Of a DNA stretch of 58,062 nt, positions 43,485 through 51,770 are shown piece by piece. Positions within the stretch are counted from its first letter, which is position 1. Each line of letters opens with the position of its first letter. The DNA comes from a virus: IMG/VR virus record IMGVR_UViG_3300045988_053840; one strand, 5' to 3'. A program made the translations under genes and the position numbers. The notes below the pieces were generated by a model. The model was not told the origin of the DNA, did not search any database, and was given only the letters and a program-made list of their open reading frames with translations.

Positions 43485-44527
43485 TGGCAAAGGAATCATT
43501 AGCAGTAAAATATCGACCAAAAGTATTCGAGGACATGACTGAGCAGAGTGCAATCAAAGACATATTAATGAATCAGTTAGAGACAAAGACTTTTCAGCAT
43601 GGATATCTTTTTACTGGACCGGCAGGAACAGGTAAAACTACAAGTGCTAGAATATTTGCAAATATGATAAATGCAGGAAAAGGAAATCCTATCGAAGTGG
43701 ATGCCGCAAGCAATAGTGGTGTGGATAATATACGACAGATTATAGAAGACGCAAAGAGAAAACCACTTGACGCAGAATATAAAATATTTATAGTGGATGA
43801 GTGCCATTCATTATCAAATGGTGCTTGGCAGGCATTATTAAAGACACTTGAAGAACCACCAAAATTTACTATTTTCATTTTCTGCACTACTGACCCACAG
43901 AAAGTGCCTGCAACAATTCTTTCAAGAGTACAACGATACAATTTTCAGAAAATAAGTAATGAGGGAATTGCAGATAGATTATCTGCTATACTTATTATGG
44001 AAAGTGAGGAAGCTAATGAATGTGGCTGTGATGGAGCTTATAACTGGAATGCAGAAGCTTTGGAATATATAGCGAAAGTTTCATCTGGAGGTATGAGAGA
44101 TGCTATCACACTTCTTGATAAATGCCTTTCATTATCTCCTGATGTAACATTGGAAAATGTGTTAAAGACTATTGGTGCAGAAGATTATAATACATTTATA
44201 TTATTCTTAACAGCCCTACAGAATAAAGAAAAAGGAACTGCTATTACTACAATAGAAAATGTATATAATGCCGGAAAAGATGTAAAGCAGTTTATGAAAG
44301 ATTTTGCAAAGTTTGTTCTTGAAGTGGAAAAGTATGCCTTATATAAGAATTTTGATTATATTAGCTTGCCTAATACACTTGAGAATGAGTTGGAACAGCT
44401 TATTGATGATACATTATTTAATGTTATGGACTTTGTAGTTTCTTTGAATAATCAGATTAAATGGGATAGTGACCCTAAGACATTAATAGAATTATCTATC
44501 TTGATTTATTGTGGAAAAGGAGAATAA
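43484..44527 (+). CDS. dnaX: Clamp-loader ATPase (DNA polymerase III gamma/tau-like)
   Basis: LAVKYRPKVFEDM...HGYLFTGPAGTGKTTSARIFA...IVDECHSLS...ATILSRVQRY. Confidence 0.85.
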   Translation: MAKESLAVKYRPKVFEDMTEQSAIKDILMNQLETKTFQHGYLFTGPAGTGKTTSARIFANMINAGKGNPIEVDAASNSGVDNIRQIIEDAKRKPLDAEYKIFIVDECHSLSNGAWQALLKTLEEPPKFTIFIFCTTDPQKVPATILSRVQRYNFQKISNEGIADRLSAILIMESEEANECGCDGAYNWNAEALEYIAKVSSGGMRDAITLLDKCLSLSPDVTLENVLKTIGAEDYNTFILFLTALQNKEKGTAITTIENVYNAGKDVKQFMKDFAKFVLEVEKYALYKNFDYISLPNTLENELEQLIDDTLFNVMDFVVSLNNQIKWDSDPKTLIELSILIYCGKGE

Positions 44528-44528
44528 T

Positions 44529-44753
44529 ATGGCAGAACATAATAATAAATTAAAAGTGACTCAATTAACTATATCAGAAGTTAAGAAAAAAATATATGAT
44601 AATGATATTCAGGATGTGTATGTGTTGTCAAATGATACTTTAGACTTGCATGCAATAAAGGATTGTAGGTTGGAAAGTATTAGAAGTTATATGTTAAGAG
44701 GTTCAGCCTTTTTAACATTGGAGGTAGAAAATAATGATAGGACAGCAGAATAA
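44529..44753 (+). CDS. Hypothetical protein
   Basis: ORF track 44511..44753; ATG 44529 follows AAGGAGA. Confidence 0.4.
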   Translation: MAEHNNKLKVTQLTISEVKKKIYDNDIQDVYVLSNDTLDLHAIKDCRLESIRSYMLRGSAFLTLEVENNDRTAE

Positions 44754-45525
44754 TATTAAAACCCTCATTAAATGGAGATGTAATAGGTCTGTTCCTAGAT
44801 TCATCATTATAGCTGGGGATGAAGGAAGTGGCAGATTAACATTTGCAAAAGCAATTTTAAAAACAATAAATGCTAAAGGTATAATTATGGGAAATAGTAT
44901 CTCAGATGTAAGAGATACTATAGAACAGGCTTATTATATTACACAGCCCACATGCTATATATTCAGAGATGCTGATGATATGAAAAATGAAGCAAAAAAC
45001 GCACTATTAAAGGTGGTTGAAGAACCACCTAATAATGCTTACTTCATAATGACAGTACACAATATTGATAATATGCTAGGCACTATTAGAAGTCGAGGAA
45101 CAGTCATTAAGATGGAACCTTATACAATGCAGGAATTGCGTTCTGTTAGTGAAGATGAGTTAAGTTTGGAATATTGTAATAATATAGGTGAATTACAGAT
45201 TCCACACGAAGAAATACAGAGGGCAGAAGATTGTGTTGAGGGTGTATTAAAGGCTCTAAAGGAAAAGAGTGGTACTAGACTATTAAAAGCCTGTACACAG
45301 TTAAAAGCTAAACAGACAGAGACAGATAAGATTGATTGCTTATTATTTTTTAGAGTATTTCAGAAAAGATTATACAGAATGTTTGAGAATTTTGAATTAT
45401 CTTTTGAATGTATACAACCTTTATTTATTTGCAAGCAGGAATTAAACAGAAACACTATAAATAAAAGAGCTAGTATAGAATCTATGCTTATTAAGATATT
45501 GGAGGAAATTAAAGAGAATGATTAG
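44734..45525 (+). CDS. Clamp-loader delta-prime-like subunit
   Basis: FIIIAGDEGSGRLTFAKAI...LLKVVEEPPNNAYFIMT...TIRSRG. Confidence 0.6.
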   Translation: MIGQQNNIKTLIKWRCNRSVPRFIIIAGDEGSGRLTFAKAILKTINAKGIIMGNSISDVRDTIEQAYYITQPTCYIFRDADDMKNEAKNALLKVVEEPPNNAYFIMTVHNIDNMLGTIRSRGTVIKMEPYTMQELRSVSEDELSLEYCNNIGELQIPHEEIQRAEDCVEGVLKALKEKSGTRLLKACTQLKAKQTETDKIDCLLFFRVFQKRLYRMFENFELSFECIQPLFICKQELNRNTINKRASIESMLIKILEEIKEND

Positions 45526-45883
45526 ATTTCCAAGAAGATGGAATGCTATTACTTGCATTAATTATCTACAGCGTAAGATTATCTTAAATTCTATAGCTTA
45601 TTATAAATACGATAAATCTTTTGTATCTGATAGTTATTTTGATGAAATGTCACATCAGCTTGTTCAGATGCAAAAGGATTTTGCTGGGAATCTTGAAGCC
45701 GATACAGAATATGGATATATGATGTATGATTTTGATGGTTCGACAGGCTTTGATTTGCCGGATAGATTATTTCCACATGATAAAGATTATCTTACACAGA
45801 TGACAGAATATTATATATGCAGACAGGAGAAATCTAAACCAGTCAAGAAAATCACTAAAACAGTAAGGAGGAAATTGTTTTAA
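45518..45883 (+). CDS. Hypothetical protein with a motif resembling NAD-ligase domain Ia
   Basis: NSIAYYKYDKSFVSDSYFDEMSHQLVQMQ compared with the LigA N-terminal pattern YY..D.P.ISD.EYD.L...L. Confidence 0.3.
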   Translation: MIRFPRRWNAITCINYLQRKIILNSIAYYKYDKSFVSDSYFDEMSHQLVQMQKDFAGNLEADTEYGYMMYDFDGSTGFDLPDRLFPHDKDYLTQMTEYYICRQEKSKPVKKITKTVRRKLF

Positions 45884-46827
45884 TGGAACTTGTAGATTTA
45901 ATGAAAGCTATATCTGAAAACAGTGTACCGCATTATTTAATTCTTTTTGGTGAAGAGCAGGCAATTCTTGACATTTATATTCAGCATATAGCACAGAATT
46001 ATAAGATTGTATATTGTGATACTGTAGCTTATGCTCTTTCACAGGTTGGAAAAAAGAGTATTGATAAGTCCAACAAAGTTTACATTGTGAATGAAGATAA
46101 TGCTTATACTAAGGCAGAGGAAAACTGGAAGAATGTAAAACAGACTTTCAATAAAAGCAAGCATATTTTACTACTTAAATATCATAGTATAGATAAGAGA
46201 GGGAAATTCTATACACAGAATAAAGGAAATGCGGTAGAATTTACACATTTATCAGAAGATGTACTAATTAACTATATTCAGCAGAAACTGCCAGCTTTAA
46301 GCGAGAAAAACGCTTCCAAGCTAATAACATGGTGTAATTACGATTATGGCAGAATCTTAATGGAAGTAGATAAGATAGACCATTATCATTCAGTCATGGA
46401 CGCTTTAACAACAGACAGTTGCTTTACTCAATTAAATGAACAAGGCTTGTTCTATAAGGAAATAGGAGATATAACATTTGAATTAACTAATGCAGTATTA
46501 GGTGGATATTCAGAAACAGCTATACAGAAACTTGATGAAGCTAAAAGAAAAGGAGAACCAGCTATGATGATATCCAGCATATTATATAATGGTTTTAGAA
46601 ATCTATTAGCTTATCAAGGTCTTGGCAGTAATAAGCAGAACGCAATGGAGAGAACAGGGATGAGTAAAGGGGAATTATATGGATGTAGTAAGAATGTCGG
46701 CGGTTATAATATAACAGAAGTTAAAAGAAACATGCTTAAATGCCAAGAAGTAGAAGCTGGAATTAAAATGGGTACAATAGATGAAGAAATAGCACTTGAA
46801 TATATTGTTTTATCCTGTCTGAAATAG
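45883..46827 (+). CDS. Clamp-loader delta-like subunit
   Basis: 314 aa. HYLILFGEEQAILDIY N-terminus typical of HolA-like proteins; it follows the other loader genes. Confidence 0.5.
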   Translation: MELVDLMKAISENSVPHYLILFGEEQAILDIYIQHIAQNYKIVYCDTVAYALSQVGKKSIDKSNKVYIVNEDNAYTKAEENWKNVKQTFNKSKHILLLKYHSIDKRGKFYTQNKGNAVEFTHLSEDVLINYIQQKLPALSEKNASKLITWCNYDYGRILMEVDKIDHYHSVMDALTTDSCFTQLNEQGLFYKEIGDITFELTNAVLGGYSETAIQKLDEAKRKGEPAMMISSILYNGFRNLLAYQGLGSNKQNAMERTGMSKGELYGCSKNVGGYNITEVKRNMLKCQEVEAGIKMGTIDEEIALEYIVLSCLK

Positions 46828-46840
46828 ACAGGATTTTTTA
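46812..46840 (+). terminator. Rho-independent terminator (stop codon inside stem-loop)
   Basis: atcctgtct (46812-46820) pairs with agacaggat (46826-46834), followed by ttttt. Confidence 0.75.
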
Positions 46841-46860
46841 TATAAATTTTAAAAATTTGC

Positions 46861-46889
46861 TTGACATTTCTATATATATGTATTACAAT
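46861..46889 (+). promoter_or_regulatory. Early promoter P8 (TTGACA-17-TACAAT)
   Basis: TTGACA at 46861-46866, TACAAT at 46884-46889. Confidence 0.7.
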
Positions 46890-46895
46890 ATAATC

Positions 46896-47063
46896 AAGTT
46901 AAGAAAGACAGGAAAATAAGCAAGTAACATTGAAAGATGACCTCTACTTTACAGAAAGCGAAAGTTCATACATAAATAGTCAGAAGATATGAACCATAAC
47001 AGCCGACACTGAATAATTCAATTCTTTCTTAACTTACTATTATAAAACAAAGAGGAAAATAAT
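46896..47063 (+). promoter_or_regulatory. Long (about 165 nt) structured 5' leader or small RNA in front of the sigma-factor operon
   Basis: A 13-bp perfect helix, aagttaagaaaga (46896-46908) with tctttcttaactt (47023-47035), encloses about 114 nt with an inner hairpin (46964-46970 with 46988-46994). There is no plausible ORF inside. Confidence 0.45.
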
Positions 47064-47360
47064 ATGAATGCTGTTAGATTAACAAATAGTATTATAGGGA
47101 AGGTATTGATTGAATCAGCTAATGAATCTTATGAAAAAAGAATTGATAAAATGTTATCAAATTCATTTGATAATGTAATAAAAGCCATAAAAACATATAA
47201 AGCAACAAGATATAATGAATCAGATGGATTTTTTGCAACTGATGCTATTAAGTATTTTGATTCTAAGTTAGAAAAAGAACATGAAAAAGAATGGTCTGAA
47301 ATTGAAGACATCTGTGATGATAACTGGTATAAAGTAGTAGAAAAGTTTTATAAGTGGTAA
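47064..47360 (+). CDS. Hypothetical protein
   Basis: 98-aa ORF after AGAGGAAAA. Confidence 0.5.
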   Translation: MNAVRLTNSIIGKVLIESANESYEKRIDKMLSNSFDNVIKAIKTYKATRYNESDGFFATDAIKYFDSKLEKEHEKEWSEIEDICDDNWYKVVEKFYKW

Positions 47361-47362
47361 AA

Positions 47363-47392
47363 ACAAAGTGAAGTGATAACACTTAAAACACT
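47363..47392 (+). promoter_or_regulatory. Conserved 30-nt motif copy 2 (acaaagtgaagtgataacacttaaaacact)
   Basis: 27/30 identical to 24673-24702. It starts 2 nt after the upstream stop and lies directly before the sigma-factor RBS. Confidence 0.5.
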
Positions 47393-47413
47393 TTATAAAG
47401 GAGGATAATCTAA

Positions 47414-47923
47414 ATGACAAAAGAACAGGAACAGCTTGTAACAGATAATCATAATTTAATATATTATATTATAAATAATAAATATGGATTATCTACTGAA
47501 GAATATTATGATGTGTGTGCTATAGGTTTATGCAAGGCGACAATTACATATGACAGTTCAAAAGATGTAAAGTTTGCTACATATGCAGGAATATGTATAG
47601 AAAATGAAATCAAGCTAGAATTAAAAAAACAGAAAAAATATTCTGCTTCTGTGTATTCACTAGATAGGACATTCAATAATACATCAGATGGAACTGGGGA
47701 GATTTCATATATGGAAAATATAACAACAGGTTTATCTGCTTATGATGAGATACTTCCATATCAGTTAGATAAAGTATTAAATGCTAAGGAATATAAGCTC
47801 GTAGCTTTGACATTACAAGGTTATACACAGGTAGAAATCGGAAATATTATAGGAATATCACAGACTATGGTGAGCATGATGCTTTCTAAAATTAAACAGA
47901 AATTATTAAAAGGAGGAAAGTAA
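47414..47923 (+). CDS. Sigma-70-family RNA polymerase sigma factor (group 3 / sporulation-sigma-like)
   Basis: Region 2 YDVCAIGLCKATITYDSSKDVKFATYAGICIENEIK. Region 4 HTH LQGYTQVEIGNIIGISQTMVSMMLSKIKQKL. Confidence 0.8.
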   Translation: MTKEQEQLVTDNHNLIYYIINNKYGLSTEEYYDVCAIGLCKATITYDSSKDVKFATYAGICIENEIKLELKKQKKYSASVYSLDRTFNNTSDGTGEISYMENITTGLSAYDEILPYQLDKVLNAKEYKLVALTLQGYTQVEIGNIIGISQTMVSMMLSKIKQKLLKGGK

Positions 47924-48285
47924 TGTTAATATCAAAAGGAGATGTATATTGGGTGGATATGTCTAAGGTGTGGTCAGAATCGGACATACATGCACAGAAA
48001 GGCATGAGACCCTGTGTTATTATTAGCAATAACAAGAATAATGATAACAATTCAAGAGTTATTATAGTACCTTTGACAACTAAGGAGGATGATTTGCCAC
48101 AGCACACAATGATATGGATACACAATATTAAAAACTATGTTGTTCCAGAATGTATAACATCTATACCTAAAAACCTTTTAGGTAAAAAATATGGCTGGAT
48201 TAGTAGGAGAGCCTTTAAGTATGTTATTAAGGCGGTCAAGATTCAGTTGGGATTATGGGAAGGAGATAAGAATGAACGATATTAA
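47923..48285 (+). CDS. mazF: MazF/PemK-family endoribonuclease toxin-like protein
   Basis: KGDVYWVDMS...KGMRPCVIISNN...SRVIIVPLTTKEDDLPQHT matches the PemK/MazF signature. Its ATG overlaps the sigma stop (TAATG). Confidence 0.7.
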   Translation: MLISKGDVYWVDMSKVWSESDIHAQKGMRPCVIISNNKNNDNNSRVIIVPLTTKEDDLPQHTMIWIHNIKNYVVPECITSIPKNLLGKKYGWISRRAFKYVIKAVKIQLGLWEGDKNERY

Positions 48286-48421
48286 ACAGACAACTTGCAA
48301 AAGATGTGGTAGAAAGCTAAGAACAGAAGAAGCTATTAATAGAGGTATGGGAATAACATGCTGGAGAAAATGGCAAAAAGAAAACAATCATAAAAAATTA
48401 TGGGAGGATAAAGATGAGTAA
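48272..48421 (+). CDS. 49-aa basic Cys4 peptide with DUF6011-like motif
   Basis: ORF track 48191..48421; ATG 48272 follows AAGGAGATAAGA. CKRCGRKLRTEEAINRGMGITCWRK. It overlaps the mazF-like 3' end by 14 nt. Confidence 0.45.
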   Translation: MNDIKQTTCKRCGRKLRTEEAINRGMGITCWRKWQKENNHKKLWEDKDE

Positions 48422-49112
48422 TAAACAGCTTGATTTAACATTTGTTAAAATGGTTAATGAAACATATGACAGGCAGAAACAGATATACAAGAAAGAGTGC
48501 CGGGAGTATGCAAAAATGTGCATATTAACAATAATAACATTATTAGCTTGTCTGTATTTAATAACAAGAATATTATATAATCCCACAACAGATTACACAG
48601 TTGAATCACAAGAAAGTCAGCAGGCAGAATATACATACAATCCATATATAGAGAATCTTACACATGAAGAGATTAATATAGATTCTAATTATACAGACAA
48701 TATGGAATATTTTGTGCGATGTGTAACGGCAGAAGCTGGCAATCAGGATGATTATGGGAAGAGACTTGTTATAGATGTTATATTAAATAGTTGTGATAAG
48801 TATAATATGACTACAACAGATGTTATTAATGCAGATGGGCGATTTGAAGTAGTAAGTAATAATAGCATTAATACAGTCGAACCTGATTTACATGTTTATG
48901 ATTTAATTACAGAGGAGATAACTACAAGAACCAACAGTGATATATTATATTTTAGAACAAATAAATATCATTCTTTTGGAACACCTGTTATGAAACATCA
49001 GGCACATTATTTCAGTATGAGTGTATTTAATTTAGATGAGCAACAGACGGATACTTTAGTTATAATATTAATAATATTTTGTTTTATATTAGCTTTTGCA
49101 AGTGCATTATAA
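48414..49112 (+). CDS. SleB-like cell-wall hydrolase flanked by N- and C-terminal TM helices
   Basis: VRCVTAEAGNQDDYGKRLVIDVILNSCDKYNMTTTDVINADGRFEVV resembles Hydrolase_2 (SleB). TM segments ILTIITLLACLYLITRIL and LVIILIIFCFILAFASAL. Confidence 0.5.
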   Translation: MSNKQLDLTFVKMVNETYDRQKQIYKKECREYAKMCILTIITLLACLYLITRILYNPTTDYTVESQESQQAEYTYNPYIENLTHEEINIDSNYTDNMEYFVRCVTAEAGNQDDYGKRLVIDVILNSCDKYNMTTTDVINADGRFEVVSNNSINTVEPDLHVYDLITEEITTRTNSDILYFRTNKYHSFGTPVMKHQAHYFSMSVFNLDEQQTDTLVIILIIFCFILAFASAL

Positions 49113-49131
49113 CATGAAAGGAGATAATTAT

Positions 49132-49305
49132 ATGAAAAGTGAAGATGAAATATTAACAGATTTTATTCATAAGCACTTTATAGAAGAGGCTTTATATGAT
49201 AATTATATGAGAAAGCTAATGGCAGACACAGTTGAATTTAAGATATATTTATTTAAGTGTAGACTTATAGAAGCCGCTAAAACAATGTTAAAAAGGAGGA
49301 ATTAG
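49132..49305 (+). CDS. Hypothetical protein
   Basis: ORF track 49096..49305; ATG 49132 follows AAAGGAGA. Confidence 0.45.
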   Translation: MKSEDEILTDFIHKHFIEEALYDNYMRKLMADTVEFKIYLFKCRLIEAAKTMLKRRN

Positions 49306-49307
49306 TT

Positions 49308-49736
49308 ATGTTAAATAAAGAGTATTATAGAGATTTGCTTGTGGAATTTGCTATTTCTAATGATAAAGTGGCTTTGAATGCTGAAGGAGTACCTATTGCT
49401 TGTAATGATACATGCTGTGCTAAATGTGGGTTTAATGATATAAATGTAGACTGTGATGAAATGAGAAAAAGATGGGCGAATAAGGAATATACTGAACCAA
49501 GAATACATTGGGAAGATGTACCAGTAGATACTCCAGTATATATATATAAACCAAATATGCCCGGACATTTTGCAAGTTATGATGCTCAATCAAATTTGAT
49601 AAAAGTCTTTGATTATGGACGAACATCCTTCACAATTAGCAATAAACACGATATAGAACGTGAGGTATCAGGATATCTTCCATCATATGTATCATTAGCA
49701 AGAGAAGAAGATATAAAGAAGTATTATCATAGATAA
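49308..49736 (+). CDS. Hypothetical protein
   Basis: 142-aa ORF after AAAGGAGG. Confidence 0.5.
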   Translation: MLNKEYYRDLLVEFAISNDKVALNAEGVPIACNDTCCAKCGFNDINVDCDEMRKRWANKEYTEPRIHWEDVPVDTPVYIYKPNMPGHFASYDAQSNLIKVFDYGRTSFTISNKHDIEREVSGYLPSYVSLAREEDIKKYYHR

Positions 49737-49764
49737 TATAATAAGCATAATATATTAATCAATA

Positions 49765-49801
49765 AACACACTATTCAGAAATGGATAGTGTGTTGTTTTT
49801 A
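49765..49801 (+). terminator. Rho-independent terminator ending the early/middle region
   Basis: aacacactat (49765-49774) pairs with atagtgtgtt (49785-49794), followed by gttttt. Confidence 0.7.
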
Positions 49802-49838
49802 TATTAATAATATGTTAATATAACATTAATAAAAAACT

Positions 49839-50078
49839 ATGAAAGGCGGGATAAATATAGACACTAAATCATTAATGTTTAAATTACAAAAAGCATTAAA
49901 AACAAAAGGAATAATACTATGTATTAATACAAATCAATTCTATTCTACAGAGCAAGATAGATATATAACAATGTATACTGTAGTAAGAAACAAGAAACAA
50001 TTAATAAGAACAGCTAGTCAGATACAAGTGATAAATAAATTACAGGAAATATGGGAAGAGGTGAAGAATAATGACTAA
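49839..50078 (+). CDS. Hypothetical protein
   Basis: 79-aa ORF with a weak RBS, first gene of the packaging unit. Confidence 0.35.
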   Translation: MKGGINIDTKSLMFKLQKALKTKGIILCINTNQFYSTEQDRYITMYTVVRNKKQLIRTASQIQVINKLQEIWEEVKNND

Positions 50079-50517
50079 AGAAACAGATAGAGAGAAAGAA
50101 GCTAAAAAACATCTAAATCAAAAACAAATAGCTTTTGCATTAAATTATACAGAGAATCATAACATAACTCAATCAGCTATTAGTGCAGGATATAGTAAGA
50201 AGACAGCAAGTGTACAAGGTTGCAATCTGTTAAAGAACACTAAGGTGCGAGAATATATAGATTCCATATTGGAAAGAATACAATCCGACAAGATAGCTAA
50301 TATTGAGGAAGTAATGGAATACCTCACGAGAGTAATGAGAGGTGAAGAGAAGGACAGCTTTGACATGGAACCATCATTACAGGAGAGAACCAAGGCGGCT
50401 AATGCTTTAGCTGATAGATTAGATAATAGAGCTAAGAAGCTGGAAATTAAAACAGCAGTTACTATTATAGATGATATTCCAGATGATGCTGAGGTAGAAG
50501 ATGATGAAGAAGATTAA
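50071..50517 (+). CDS. terS: Terminase small subunit
   Basis: LNQKQIAFALNYTENHNITQSAISAGYSKKTASVQGCNLLKNTKVREYI is a typical TerS HTH. Acidic tail. Confidence 0.8.
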   Translation: MTKETDREKEAKKHLNQKQIAFALNYTENHNITQSAISAGYSKKTASVQGCNLLKNTKVREYIDSILERIQSDKIANIEEVMEYLTRVMRGEEKDSFDMEPSLQERTKAANALADRLDNRAKKLEIKTAVTIIDDIPDDAEVEDDEED

Positions 50518-51766
50518 AGGTAAATCTTTAACTAACTGTATAGGTCCAGCTTTTTATTCTATTCATAATGATATTAAAAATGGTAAGCATACATATTATG
50601 ACTTAGAAGGTGGAAGAGGTTCCTTGAAGTCCTCTTTTGTCTCTGTAGAGATTGTGCATAATATGATGAAGCCAGAGAACAAGAAACAACATGCTGTTGT
50701 ATATAGAAAAGTAGGAGATACATTAGAGACCTCTGTATATGCTCAGATTGAATGGGCTATTGATAAATTGGGTGTATCACATTTATGGAAAATGACTAAA
50801 TCACCTATGAGAGCAGAATATCTTCCTACAGGACAAAGAATCATATTTAAAGGCTTAGACAAGGCTCAGAAATCTAAATCTATAAAAGTACCTTTTGGAT
50901 ATATAGCTTATCTGTGGTTCGAGGAGTTTGATGAGTTTGCTGGAGAGGAAGAAATAAGAAAAGTTCAACAGTCTGTTATCCGAGGCGGAAATAAGTTCAT
51001 TGTTTTTAAATCTATGAACCCACCTAAATCAAGAAATAACTGGGCTAATGACTTTATAGAAAAGGAGAAGCTAAGACCTGATACATTAGTATCTCATACA
51101 ACATACTTACAAGCTCCTAAAGAATGGCTAGGAAAGCAGTTTATAGATGATGCTGAATGGCTCAAGCTGGTTAATCCAAGAGCATACGAACATGAATACA
51201 TGGGTATACCTGTAGGCAATGGTACAGAAGTATTTGATAACCTTGAGATTAGAGAGATTACAGATAAAGAGATTGCTAAGTGGGATAAGTTGTATCGAGG
51301 AGTTGACTGGGGTTGGTATCCAGACCCGTTCCATTATGGTTGTATGTATTATGATAAGGCTAGAATGACATTATACATCTTTGAGGAATTTAGAACTAAT
51401 AAGATGAGTAATAGTGATACAGCACAGGTACTTAAAGATGATTTCAATGTAAGTCGTTATGATATAGTCACTTGTGATAGTGCAGAGGAAAAGTCTGTCA
51501 GTGATTATAGAGCATATGGCATTAATGCACGACCAGCGGAAAAAGGTCCAGGAAGTGTAAGATATGGAATGAAGTGGCTACAATCATTATTGAAGATTGT
51601 TATAGACCCAAGAAGATGCCCTGCGACCTCAGATGAGTTCAAAAAATATGAGTATGAGCTGGACAAGGAAGGAAACCCAACATCAGCATATCCAGACGCT
51701 AATAACCACAGCATTGATATGACACGATATGCAATGGAACCAGTATGGAGAAGGAAAGGAGCTTAA
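50501..51766 (+). CDS. terL: Terminase large subunit (PBSX-type, headful)
   Basis: LEGGRGSLKSSF Walker A-like motif, WFEEFDEF Walker B, C-terminal nuclease region. 421 aa. Confidence 0.85.
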   Translation: MMKKIKGKSLTNCIGPAFYSIHNDIKNGKHTYYDLEGGRGSLKSSFVSVEIVHNMMKPENKKQHAVVYRKVGDTLETSVYAQIEWAIDKLGVSHLWKMTKSPMRAEYLPTGQRIIFKGLDKAQKSKSIKVPFGYIAYLWFEEFDEFAGEEEIRKVQQSVIRGGNKFIVFKSMNPPKSRNNWANDFIEKEKLRPDTLVSHTTYLQAPKEWLGKQFIDDAEWLKLVNPRAYEHEYMGIPVGNGTEVFDNLEIREITDKEIAKWDKLYRGVDWGWYPDPFHYGCMYYDKARMTLYIFEEFRTNKMSNSDTAQVLKDDFNVSRYDIVTCDSAEEKSVSDYRAYGINARPAEKGPGSVRYGMKWLQSLLKIVIDPRRCPATSDEFKKYEYELDKEGNPTSAYPDANNHSIDMTRYAMEPVWRRKGA

Positions 51767-51770
51767 TGTG

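Noticed and set aside
49803-49832. Palindrome atgtta-ata-taacat, with flanking attaataa direct repeats, between the terminator and the packaging genes.
   Set aside because: Short and low-complexity. There is no second copy elsewhere to support a regulatory site.
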